Shown one piece after another: positions 1-7,627 of a stretch of 64,000 bases of DNA (its first letter is position 1; each line of letters starts with the position of its first letter). Under the pieces are notes generated by a model that saw only the letters and a list, made by a program, of their open reading frames with translations, ran no database searches and had not been told where the DNA came from. The position numbers and the translations under genes are program-made. This DNA is from Paludibacteraceae bacterium (GTDB lineage Bacteria; Bacteroidota; Bacteroidia; Bacteroidales; Paludibacteraceae): positions 366-64,365 of the forward strand of contig JAFSMP010000022.1 in assembly GCA_017447875.1 (NCBI GenBank), written 5' to 3'.

Positions 1-2
1 TT

Positions 3-662
3 ATCGAGAACTACAAACCCAAGACCGTCAACCTACGTTTGCAGGCACTCAACCGCTATCTGGAGTTCAGCGACAAACCTAAATGGCGGCTCAAATCAGT
101 CAAGGTGCAGCAACGCTCGTACCTTGAAAACGTCATCAGCAATGCCGATTACACTTTCCTCAAAAATGCACTGCGTCAGGACGGTAACATGGAGTGGTAT
201 TTTGTAGTGCGGTTCCTTGCTGCCACCGGCGCACGTGTCAGCGAACTGGTGCAGATCAAAGTGGAACACATCCAAGCCGGTTATTTTGACATATATACCA
301 AAGGCGGCAAGGTGCGTCGATTGTTCTTTCCTGCCAGACTGCGCAAGGAAACAACAGAATGGCTCACACAGCAGCACCGCACTACCGGTTACTTGTTCCT
401 CAACCGCTTCGGTGAACGCATCACAACACGCGGCATTGCACAACAACTGAAGAACTTCGCCGTGCGGTATGGGCTCAACCCCAAAGTCATCTATCCGCAT
501 TCCTTCCGCCACCGCTTCGCCAAGAACTTCTTGGAGAAGTATAATGATATAGCTTTATTGGCAGACCTCATGGGACATGAGAGCATAGAAACAACCCGAA
601 TCTACCTTCGCCGCACCGCCTCCGAACAGCAGCAGATAGTTGATAAGGTAATTACATGGTAA
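3..662 (+). CDS. tyrosine-type site-specific recombinase (integrase/Xer-like), 5' end cut by window edge
   Basis: The frame stays open from nt 3 (IENYKPKTVNLRLQALNRYLEF precedes the TTG where the ORF track starts). The C-terminal catalytic region has ATGARVSEL, HSFRHRFAKNFL and LMGHESIETTRIYL (R..HxxR..Y signature). A hairpin terminator follows. Confidence 0.85.
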   Translation: MENYKPKTVNLRLQALNRYLEFSDKPKWRLKSVKVQQRSYLENVISNADYTFLKNALRQDGNMEWYFVVRFLAATGARVSELVQIKVEHIQAGYFDIYTKGGKVRRLFFPARLRKETTEWLTQQHRTTGYLFLNRFGERITTRGIAQQLKNFAVRYGLNPKVIYPHSFRHRFAKNFLEKYNDIALLADLMGHESIETTRIYLRRTASEQQQIVDKVITW

Positions 663-670
663 TTCCACCC

Positions 671-706
671 ACGCGCCGTTCTCATGAAGGGCGCGTTTTC
701 TTTTTC
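671..706 (+). terminator. rho-independent terminator after recombinase gene
   Basis: 7-bp GC stem ACGCGCC/GGCGCGT with a 12-nt loop, followed by TTTCTTTTTC. Confidence 0.7.
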
Positions 707-773
707 CTTACGTGTCTGAACTTACGCGGATATAACCATAAATCATCGTTTTTGCTACAAATATGCAAAAAAA

Positions 774-805
774 ATTGCACATATGCAAAAAAAGTTGTAT
801 CTTTG
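774..805 (+). promoter_or_regulatory. Bacteroidetes-type promoter (-33 ATTG / -7 TATCTTTG) for the mini-protein/Fic operon
   Basis: TATCTTTG at 798-805 matches TAnnTTTG. TTG at 775-777 lies exactly 20 nt upstream, the same spacing as the other promoters in this window. Confidence 0.6.
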
Positions 806-839
806 CACGAAAATCGTGCAAGAAAGGAATATAACTGCC

Positions 840-983
840 ATGCCCTGTCCACATAATAGCATATCATGCCTTTGTCCGAAAGACTGTCCGCGGCACGGAA
901 AGTGCTGTGAGTGCGTGGCACATCACAAAGCCGCAGGAACCAAACTCCCCGCCTGCTTGCGCGGCATAGATTGGCAAAAATAA
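840..983 (+). CDS. small Cys-rich protein, DUF6485-like
   Basis: MPCPHNSISCLCPKDCPRHGKCCECVAHHKAAGTKLPAC resembles the C..C.R.G.CCEC..H...G.LPAC pattern I remember for DUF6485. I start it at the internal ATG at 840, because 783-839 is the promoter. Confidence 0.55.
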   Translation: MPCPHNSISCLCPKDCPRHGKCCECVAHHKAAGTKLPACLRGIDWQK

Positions 984-1004
984 TAGTTTTATAAACAAAC
1001 AACG

Positions 1005-1985
1005 ATGTACACACCGCCGTTTACAGTAACAGATGAGATTTTACATCTGGTCTCTGAGATCTCAGAGCAGATAGGCACATTGAATGCATTCCTTGGAGAG
1101 CGTATGCCATCACCTATGCTCAGGAAAGAGAACCAAATAAAAACCATCCATTCCTCTTTGGCAATTGAGCACAATAGTCTGTCGCTGCAACAAGTGACGG
1201 ACGTCATCGACGGCAAGCATGTGCTGGGCGCTCCTAATGAGATCCAAGAGGTTAAGAATGCGTTGCAAGCATACCAATTGATGCTGCAACTTGATGCTTT
1301 TTCAGAAGCTGATTTGCTCCGAGCGCATAGTCTGATGATGGCTGATCTGGTAGATAATGCCGGGCATTACCGTAAAGGCAGTGTCGGTGTTTTTGATGGC
1401 GACAAGTGTATTCATGTTGCACCATCTGCTGACCGCGTGCCTACATTGATGGCGGAGTTGTTTGCATGGGTGAAAGAGACAAAGACACATCCACTAATCA
1501 GCAGCTGTGTGTTCCACTACGAGTTTGAGTTTATACATCCGTTCATGGACGGTAATGGTCGCATGGGACGCTACTGGCAGACACTACTGCTCAGCCGATG
1601 GAAAGGTATCTTTGCTTGGCTTCCTGTGGAAACAATCGTCAAAAAATATCAGCAGGAATATTACCAAGCTATCGCACAATCGGACGCAAAGGGAGACAGC
1701 ACAGACTTTATCGTCTTTATGCTTAATTGCATTTTGCAAACAATTAGAGAGCAGCGAAAAGTGACGGATAATGTCGGTATAAATGTCGGTATAAATGTCG
1801 GTATAAACGAGCAACGTGTATTGGATGCCTTGCGTGCAGACGCTTCGCTTTCCGCAGTCAAAATAGGCCAGCTGTTAGGTATTACTACACGACAAGCCGA
1901 GCGGCTGCTTGCTTCGTTGCGTGAGAAAAATCTTATCCGTCGTATCGGAGCAAACAAAAATGGTCATTGGGAGATAATCAAATAA
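1005..1985 (+). CDS. Fic family protein (canonical AMPylase-type motif) with C-terminal winged-helix-like domain
   Basis: Canonical Fic motif HPFMDGNGRMGR. N-terminal inhibitory-helix-like SLAIEH ((S/T)xxxE motif with H in place of G/N). C-terminal segment LLGITTRQAERLLASLREKNLIRR looks like an HTH. Confidence 0.9.
   Translation: MYTPPFTVTDEILHLVSEISEQIGTLNAFLGERMPSPMLRKENQIKTIHSSLAIEHNSLSLQQVTDVIDGKHVLGAPNEIQEVKNALQAYQLMLQLDAFSEADLLRAHSLMMADLVDNAGHYRKGSVGVFDGDKCIHVAPSADRVPTLMAELFAWVKETKTHPLISSCVFHYEFEFIHPFMDGNGRMGRYWQTLLLSRWKGIFAWLPVETIVKKYQQEYYQAIAQSDAKGDSTDFIVFMLNCILQTIREQRKVTDNVGINVGINVGINEQRVLDALRADASLSAVKIGQLLGITTRQAERLLASLREKNLIRRIGANKNGHWEIIK
1770..1805 (+). repeat. perfect 12-nt tandem repeat x3 (AATGTCGGTATA) inside Fic gene
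   Basis: Read directly. It encodes NVGI-NVGI-NVGI in the linker between the Fic core and the C-terminal HTH. Confidence 0.95.
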
Positions 1986-2040
1986 TCTCCTGTCCGCATA
2001 ATATTAACGGCTGCAAACACCTAACTACAAGGCTGAATAA

Positions 2041-2277
2041 ATGGCATCTATAGACACTACGAATATGTGCAGTCATCTGCAGCGGAAGTTGTTTGCGGAG
2101 GACGGCGAGTTCTGTGCAATCCGCGAGCAGATAGAGAGCGACCCGACGCTCGCGGCGGTTGTACGTTCACGGCAGCTGCATATCTACCGCGACGGGAAGA
2201 AAATACTGGTTCTCGCCGGCAAGAGTGCACCAAAGATCGCTCGGGAGGACAAACTGAACGAGTTTCTGAATGGATAA
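2041..2277 (+). CDS. hypothetical protein, possibly the 5' part of a disrupted gene
   Basis: 78-aa ORF with no motif I recognise. A second open frame (2286-2450, frame +3) continues to a TGA that overlaps the esterase ATG. Confidence 0.3.
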   Translation: MASIDTTNMCSHLQRKLFAEDGEFCAIREQIESDPTLAAVVRSRQLHIYRDGKKILVLAGKSAPKIAREDKLNEFLNG

Positions 2278-2446
2278 CTTTGTAGCAACCTTTTCCGTCG
2301 TACATCGACGAGACGTGTCTGCTGCATGAGATCGGTAAGTCGGTCGCCATGCCCGGCGGCAGCAGTCATACGCGTGTGGCAGTCCTCTGCATGGAGATAG
2401 ACCACCTGAGCGGTAAAGAGGCAATTGAGTTAGTAAGAGCACATAA

Positions 2447-3133
2447 ATGACAAAGACCCTTTCAAATATAGCAGGGAAGAAATGCGTTATTTACGCAGAC
2501 GAGCAACCGCAGGTATTGCTCATTCAGCCGGTGGGTGAGCATGAGAATGCTACGTTGGATGCGGAGATAGAGGCAATCAAAGGGGCAGTACATGTACCGT
2601 TTGTTTTTGCGGGCTTTGCGATAAGCGATTGGGATGCAGAACTCACGCCGTGGCATGACCCGAATATCTCTCCGCGCAAATCGGTTGGTGACCATGCGTT
2701 TGAGACTTTGGGCTTTATTACGGAGCAACTGATGCCATACATATTTGAGTGTTATGGCAAGTTACCGGTTGTGTTAGGCGGATATTCTTTGGCAGGTTTA
2801 TTTGCGCGCTGGGCGGTTTGCAAAGAGGAATGTTTCGATGCCGTTGCTGCCGCTTCTCCTTCGCTATGGATTGTGGCTTGGAAAGGTTTTGCTGATGCAC
2901 ATGAGGTGTATGCACGCTATGTCTATCTCAGTCTTGGCGACTGCGAGGAAATCACGAAGAACAAAGCGATCGCACAGGTTGGTAATAACATCCGCTGGGA
3001 ATATGATCATCTGCAACGCACAATAGGTCCCGACCATTGCACGCTTGTATGGGAAAAGGGTGGTCATTTCGTCACTCCGCATCTCCGCCTCGCACGTGCT
3101 TTTGCTTGGTGTATCAATTCGCTAACAAGATGA
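2447..3133 (+). CDS. alpha/beta-hydrolase fold esterase
   Basis: Nucleophile elbow GYSLAG (GxSxG) in LGGYSLAGLFA. Length and layout are typical of putative-esterase family proteins. Confidence 0.7.
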   Translation: MTKTLSNIAGKKCVIYADEQPQVLLIQPVGEHENATLDAEIEAIKGAVHVPFVFAGFAISDWDAELTPWHDPNISPRKSVGDHAFETLGFITEQLMPYIFECYGKLPVVLGGYSLAGLFARWAVCKEECFDAVAAASPSLWIVAWKGFADAHEVYARYVYLSLGDCEEITKNKAIAQVGNNIRWEYDHLQRTIGPDHCTLVWEKGGHFVTPHLRLARAFAWCINSLTR

Positions 3134-3271
3134 AAAATAATGTTTAAAAACAAAAAGCACTGGCACCATTACTGATGTCAGCGTTTTTTAAGTCATGAAA
3201 ACTTTTTGACCCGATTTTGACACGGCCTTTTTGCGTCAATACCTCGCGAGGCCAGTATTTATCGGACTTTG

Positions 3272-3342
3272 TTGCTCAACCAGGACTCGAACCCAGACAG
3301 ACAGAACCAGAATCTGTAGTGCTACCATTACACCATTGAGCA
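3272..3342 (-). tRNA. tRNA-Gln (anticodon CTG)
   Basis: The reverse complement folds as a cloverleaf: acceptor TGCTCAA/TTGAGCA with U1-A72, anticodon stem ACAGA/TCTGT, loop TTCTGGT, T-loop TTCGAGT. No CCA is encoded. Confidence 0.9.
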
Positions 3343-3422
3343 GCTTAAGCTAAGGCTCAATACGATTCGCGATAAATCGCTCATATGAATTTTCGCCTTG
3401 CTCTATTTTTCAAAAGCGGGTG

Positions 3423-3454
3423 CAAAGGTACTGCTTTTTTTTGAATTGACCAAA
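3423..3454 (-). promoter_or_regulatory. tRNA-Gln promoter (TTTG-N20-TACCTTTG)
   Basis: On the minus strand, TTTG (3451-3454), then 20 nt, then TACCTTTG (3423-3430), then GCACCCGCTTTTG. This is part of a 54-nt block identical to the tRNA-Arg promoter. Confidence 0.75.
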
Positions 3455-3488
3455 TTTTTCGGCACTTTTTTTGCAAAAAAATGCAAAA

Positions 3489-4121
3489 TTAGTTCTTTTT
3501 CAGCTTTTCTCGGCACTGATCGATGTACATTTCGTTGGCTTTTTTCATCCAAGAGTACTCGTATTGGGGTGCCTGAAAGAGGGGTTCGGCTTTGGTGAAG
3601 CACTCCAGTGCCTCGGCTTTACTTCCGAATGGTTTGGGTGCATAGAAAAGACAGGTACCATAGTACGACAAGACGATGGGATCGGAAGGCGCGAGTTTAA
3701 CGGCATCCTTCGCCAGAGACATGGCCTTCACGGGATGGATGGACTCATGCAGGCGTAACTCAAACACATACACCGCCGACATGTACATCTCGTAATGCCC
3801 GGGGGGCATTTGAGATTTGAGATTTAAGATATGAGATTTGAAGCGCTGCACGTAGGGACGTGCGGCTTCTTTGTCTGCTGACACGATATAGCCACAGTAC
3901 CCATACTCGTACGACAAATCCACATTCTTATCCACATACGTCTTCCAGACGGACATGTCTTCGGTCAGGTATGCAGACAGTAAGTCTCTATCGGACTGAG
4001 CCGATAGAGACATACTGACGAGCAGTACTATTATTAGCCCTCCTAGGCGGAAGCCGCTCCTCCCGATTAACGGGAGGACGCTCCGCGCTCGAGAAGCAAC
4101 GTGCGAGTCGGCTGATCGCAT
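3489..4121 (-). CDS. hypothetical secreted protein (start uncertain)
   Basis: N-terminal basic stretch plus hydrophobic [17 protein letters not shown] looks like a signal peptide. The only in-frame start upstream of that signal peptide overlaps the pfp 3' end by 55 nt. No family recognised. Confidence 0.5.
   Translation of the reverse strand: MRSADSHVASRARSVLPLIGRSGFRLGGLIIVLLVSMSLSAQSDRDLLSAYLTEDMSVWKTYVDKNVDLSYEYGYCGYIVSADKEAARPYVQRFKSHILNLKSQMPPGHYEMYMSAVYVFELRLHESIHPVKAMSLAKDAVKLAPSDPIVLSYYGTCLFYAPKPFGSKAEALECFTKAEPLFQAPQYEYSWMKKANEMYIDQCREKLKKN
3809..3843. repeat. degenerate heptamer array x5 (TTTGAGA)
   Basis: tttgaga tttgaga tttaaga tatgaga tttgaag, read directly. It lies in a coding region ([11 protein letters not shown]). 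Confidence 0.9.
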
Positions 4122-5728
4122 ACCTCGGTCGGACCGTAGTACTGGATCGGTCCCGGATAGATATAACTGGTGTTAGCATCTGCCCACTCGGCACGGTGCG
4201 ACTGGAGGTACTGGAACGGCTTACCGTTGAGGTCCACGAGTGCCTTCTGGATCACGGGTTTCATCTTACCGTTACGTTTCTCCATATTCATCATCATCGT
4301 GATAGGTACACCGCCTGCCATCCAAGCCTCAGCGGGTTTGGTGAGGTTACGTACGAGGGACATATAACCGGTCTTACCGGCTGCGATGAGGTGGGTTGCG
4401 TTCACACCGATCGAGTAGCAGTAGTCGGCATCGAAGTTAGACGGCATCGCGCAACGTCCTTCATAACCGAAGAAGTGGTTGAGGGCGGAGAACTTACCTT
4501 TGTACTCACCGTTGGCTTTGAGGACCGCGAGACGCTTCTGCACCATCTCGATGAGCAGTTTCTCGGTCTCGATCTGACTAACCATCACGTTTCCGTGCGG
4601 GTCACGATCAAGCGTGAGTTGCTTAGCAATACCCTTCGGCAGCGAACGGAAGAGTTCGCATGAAGCAGGAGAAAGGCTGGATTTGACGTACTCACGTTTC
4701 GCATCATCACCGTCCAGACTGGTGAACTCCTCGTTATTAGCGAGCATGTCGTTGAGTTCCTGAATCAGAGCACGCATAGCCGGGATGAACTCGATCAGTC
4801 CTTCCGGAATGAGTACGGTACCGAAGTTGAGTCCGGCATTTGCACGCGCTACGATGACTTTGACGATATCTTCTACGATATCATTGAGGGTCATCTTCTT
4901 TGCCTCTACTTCTTCGGAGATGAGACATACGTTCGGTTGACTCTGGAGTGCGCACTCAAGGGCGATATGCGAAGCCGAGCGACCCATGAGACGGATGAAG
5001 TGCCAGTATTTCTTTGCGGAGTTAGCATCACGCTGGATGTTACCGATGAGCTCGGCGTAGGTCTTACAAGCGGTGTCGAAACCGAAGGAGGTCTCGATCA
5101 TCTCGTTCTTAAGGTCACCGTCGATGGTCTTCGGGCAGCCGATGACTTGGATGCCGCATTGCTTCTGGAGGTAGTACTCTGCGAGCACGCATGCATTGGT
5201 GTTGGAGTCATCGCCACCGATGATGACAACCGCTTTGATACCGAGTTGTTTGCATACCTCGATACCGTTATCGAACTGCCAGGTCTCTTCGAGTTTGGTA
5301 CGACCGGAACCGATGATATCGAATCCACCGGTGTTGCGGTACTCGTCGATGATGTCACCGGTGAGTTCCTGGTACTTACCGTCGATCAGACCGGAAGGAC
5401 CGCCAAGGAAACCGTACAGTTTATTCTTGGGGTTGAGAGCCTTCAGACCGTCATAGAGACCGGAGATAACGTTATGACCACCTGGTGCTTGACCACCGGA
5501 AAGGATGACACCTACGTTAAAGGGTTCTGCACAAGAGTTCTTACCTGTGGTGGGTTCCATGGTGATGAGGGGCAGACCATAGGTATTGGGGAAGAGTTTT
5601 TTGATTTCTTCCTGGTCAGCCACGGACTGTGTTTTCTCGCCTTCTACGAGGCGTACTGCGCCCTGTAACGCTACCGGCATCTTCGGCTGGTAACTCTGAC
5701 GCGCAATCTGTAATGGAGATTTTTGCAT
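4067..5728 (-). CDS. pfp: pyrophosphate-dependent phosphofructokinase (diphosphate--fructose-6-phosphate 1-phosphotransferase)
   Basis: 553 aa, long PFK type with GGDDSNTNA, the PKTIDGD region and [11 protein letters not shown]. The architecture is that of PPi-PFKs. Confidence 0.92.
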   Translation of the reverse strand: MQKSPLQIARQSYQPKMPVALQGAVRLVEGEKTQSVADQEEIKKLFPNTYGLPLITMEPTTGKNSCAEPFNVGVILSGGQAPGGHNVISGLYDGLKALNPKNKLYGFLGGPSGLIDGKYQELTGDIIDEYRNTGGFDIIGSGRTKLEETWQFDNGIEVCKQLGIKAVVIIGGDDSNTNACVLAEYYLQKQCGIQVIGCPKTIDGDLKNEMIETSFGFDTACKTYAELIGNIQRDANSAKKYWHFIRLMGRSASHIALECALQSQPNVCLISEEVEAKKMTLNDIVEDIVKVIVARANAGLNFGTVLIPEGLIEFIPAMRALIQELNDMLANNEEFTSLDGDDAKREYVKSSLSPASCELFRSLPKGIAKQLTLDRDPHGNVMVSQIETEKLLIEMVQKRLAVLKANGEYKGKFSALNHFFGYEGRCAMPSNFDADYCYSIGVNATHLIAAGKTGYMSLVRNLTKPAEAWMAGGVPITMMMNMEKRNGKMKPVIQKALVDLNGKPFQYLQSHRAEWADANTSYIYPGPIQYYGPTEVCDQPTRTLLLERGASSR

Positions 5729-5754
5729 AATGGTTAATTATTTTAGTTAAAAAA

Positions 5755-5790
5755 ATCTGAGTATTCTGAGTAATCCGATTATTCTGATTC
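5755..5790. repeat. degenerate nonamer array x4 (unit TTCTGAGTA)
   Basis: atctgagta ttctgagta atccgatta ttctgattc. It spans the ispG stop codon and the ispG-pfp spacer. The same unit occurs in polA (45442-45486). Confidence 0.85.
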
Positions 5791-7122
5791 GATCAATTTA
5801 AGCAACTGCTCAACAGCCTCTTCCTGCGGGATGTTTTTGAGGACACATTCCTTGCCGCGATAGAGGGAGATGCGGTCACGACCCGCTCCTACATAACCGT
5901 AGTCCGCGTCGGCCATCTCACCCGGACCGTTCACTATACAGCCCATGACGGCGATCTTAAGACCGGTCAAGTGACTCGTCGCTGCCTTGACCTTACGAAT
6001 CGTCTCCTCGAGGTCGAACATCGTTCGTCCGCAACCCGGACAGGAGATATACTCCGTCTTATAGATCCGCACGCGCGCAGCTTGCAGGATGTCTTTGCTG
6101 AGGAAGTTCAGTTTGTTCTCGCTGAAATTAGGATTGACGAGGGTAAGTTCAGTAGCCTTATAGTCCCAAAGCAAACGACCGCATTCGGCAGCAGCCTGGA
6201 GGCAGAACAGGTCCCATTCATCTTCGTAGGAGGTATAGCGTATCTCGGCGTTACCACCGATATTGTCCAGCACTTCAGCGGTGACCGAACCGTTATAACG
6301 GATGGAGTCCTCGTCAGCGAAATAATCCACGAGGTCCCGTGCGACGGGTATCTCATTTTCCGGTGCTTCACTGAGGCTGACGCGGATGGTGTCGCCGATT
6401 CCGTCTGCGAGCAGGGCACCGATGCCGACTGCCGACTTGATACGTCCGTCTTCTCCTTCTCCTGCTTCGGTAACACCAAGGTGAAGCGGGAAAGCCATAT
6501 GTTCCTTATTCATGGTCTTGACGAGCAGGCGCACGGTATCGACCATGACGCGGGTGTTAGAGGCCTTGACGGAGATGACGATATTGCTAAAATCCCGGTT
6601 GACGGCGATGCGCAGAAACTCCATGACGGATGCCACCATACCTTCCGGTGTATCACCGTACTGAGCCATCATCCGTTCGGAGAGCGAACCATGGTTGACA
6701 CCGATACGGATGGCTGTCTCATGCTCCTTGCACAGGTCCAGCAGGTGCACAAACCGCTCTTCGAGTTTGGACGCATCCTTGCTGTAGTTACCCGGGTTGA
6801 TCCGCACCGCTTCGACCACTTGTGCCGCGGCGTCTGCCACCTCCGAATTGAAATGGATATCGGCTACAAGGGGTACCGCAGTCAGTACCTGTGCATGGAT
6901 CTCACGAAGTGACTCCACCTCGCGTATACCCTGGGTAGTGAAGCGTAACAGTTCCGCTCCGGCCTCGATACAACGTCGCGCTTGATCGACTGAGGCATCG
7001 ATATCATTCGTCGAAGTGTTCGCCATAGTCTGCACACGAATGGGATAGTCGGAACCCAAAAAAATGTTCCCGACTTGCACATTTATGGTCTTTCTTCGCT
7101 TATTTTCTAATTTTATTTGCAT
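5779..7122 (-). CDS. ispG: 4-hydroxy-3-methylbut-2-en-1-yl diphosphate synthase (flavodoxin), with insert domain
   Basis: N-terminal TIM-barrel signature VGNIFLGSDYPIRVQTM...AGAELLRFT. C-terminal Fe-S domain with CPGCGRT and GCIVNGPGE. Confidence 0.92.
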   Translation of the reverse strand: MQIKLENKRRKTINVQVGNIFLGSDYPIRVQTMANTSTNDIDASVDQARRCIEAGAELLRFTTQGIREVESLREIHAQVLTAVPLVADIHFNSEVADAAAQVVEAVRINPGNYSKDASKLEERFVHLLDLCKEHETAIRIGVNHGSLSERMMAQYGDTPEGMVASVMEFLRIAVNRDFSNIVISVKASNTRVMVDTVRLLVKTMNKEHMAFPLHLGVTEAGEGEDGRIKSAVGIGALLADGIGDTIRVSLSEAPENEIPVARDLVDYFADEDSIRYNGSVTAEVLDNIGGNAEIRYTSYEDEWDLFCLQAAAECGRLLWDYKATELTLVNPNFSENKLNFLSKDILQAARVRIYKTEYISCPGCGRTMFDLEETIRKVKAATSHLTGLKIAVMGCIVNGPGEMADADYGYVGAGRDRISLYRGKECVLKNIPQEEAVEQLLKLIESE

Positions 7123-7199
7123 AAAAATGCATTTTTAATGTAAAAATTTCTTATTTTGGTACCAAAAACGATTTATTTTTGCATTTTTTTTCAAAAATA

Positions 7200-7231
7200 T
7201 TTGCTCATGTCAAAAAATTGTAGTACCTTTG
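7200..7231 (+). promoter_or_regulatory. tRNA-Lys promoter (TTTG-N20-TACCTTTG)
   Basis: TTTG at 7200-7203, 20 nt, TACCTTTG at 7224-7231, then GCACCCGCTTTTG as at the other two tRNA genes. Confidence 0.75.
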
Positions 7232-7290
7232 CACCCGCTTTTGCAAAAAAGGCGTTGAAATAATCGTTCGAGGCTCTTGAGCCGAGATAA

Positions 7291-7363
7291 GAATCAGTAG
7301 CTCAGCAGGTAGAGCACATCCCTTTTAAGGATGGGGTCCTGGGTTCGAGCCCCAGCTGGTTCA
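7291..7363 (+). tRNA. tRNA-Lys (anticodon TTT)
   Basis: Acceptor GAATCAG/CTGGTTC, D-arm AGCTCAGCAGGTAGAGC, anticodon stem CATCC/GGATG with loop CTTTTAA, T-loop TTCGAGC. Confidence 0.92.
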
Positions 7364-7366
7364 CAG

Positions 7367-7396
7367 AAAGAGAGTTTCGGCTCTCTTTTTTGTTTT
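7367..7396 (+). terminator. rho-independent terminator after tRNA-Lys
   Basis: Stem AAAGAGAG/CTCTCTTT, loop TTTCGG, followed by TTTGTTTT. Confidence 0.8.
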
Positions 7397-7444
7397 CTGC
7401 CCCCCTTTCTCATCCTTTCAAATAGCGCGTTACAATTTTGCGTG

Positions 7445-7476
7445 CAAAATTACTGCTTTTTTTTGACATGTGCAAA
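7445..7476 (-). promoter_or_regulatory. canonical promoter with no adjacent gene, firing antisense towards tRNA-Lys and ispG
   Basis: On the minus strand, TTTG (7473-7476), 20 nt, TAATTTTG (7445-7452). Same architecture and flanks (TTTGCACATGTCAA...GCAGTAATTTTGCACGC) as the bona fide promoters at 16.6 kb and 23.6 kb. Confidence 0.55.
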
Positions 7477-7520
7477 TAATTTGAAAAGAATATGAAAATA
7501 AAATGCATCCATTCCATTCC

Positions 7521-7549
7521 CGCGACCACATCGCGACCACATCGCGACC
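7521..7549 (+). repeat. 11-bp direct repeat x2.6 (CGCGACCACAT) upstream of htrA
   Basis: cgcgaccacat cgcgaccacat cgcgacc, read directly, 79-107 nt upstream of the htrA ATG. Confidence 0.95.
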
Positions 7550-7627
7550 TGTATGAAAGGTGTGAAGTTAATTTTACTTTGGCACGGAGTTTGTAATAGA
7601 GTACTTGCAACTAAAATTTTCGGAACT

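Noticed and set aside
656-1014. ORFs at 656-856, 682-1014 and the 783 start of the mini-protein ORF. Similar N-terminal extensions appear in the track at 7553, 16612, 58533 and 63990.
   Set aside because: These stretches are the A/T-rich promoter regions (TTTG-N20-TAnnTTTG) translated. The true starts are the internal ATGs that are followed by signal peptides or conserved N-termini.
7192-7199. TATTTTTG (minus strand) as an ispG-proximal promoter.
   Set aside because: It matches the -7 consensus, but there is no TTTG/TTG at the fixed 19-21 nt upstream spacing seen at every other promoter here. Left unannotated, it remains an alternative to the antisense-tRNA promoter hypothesis.
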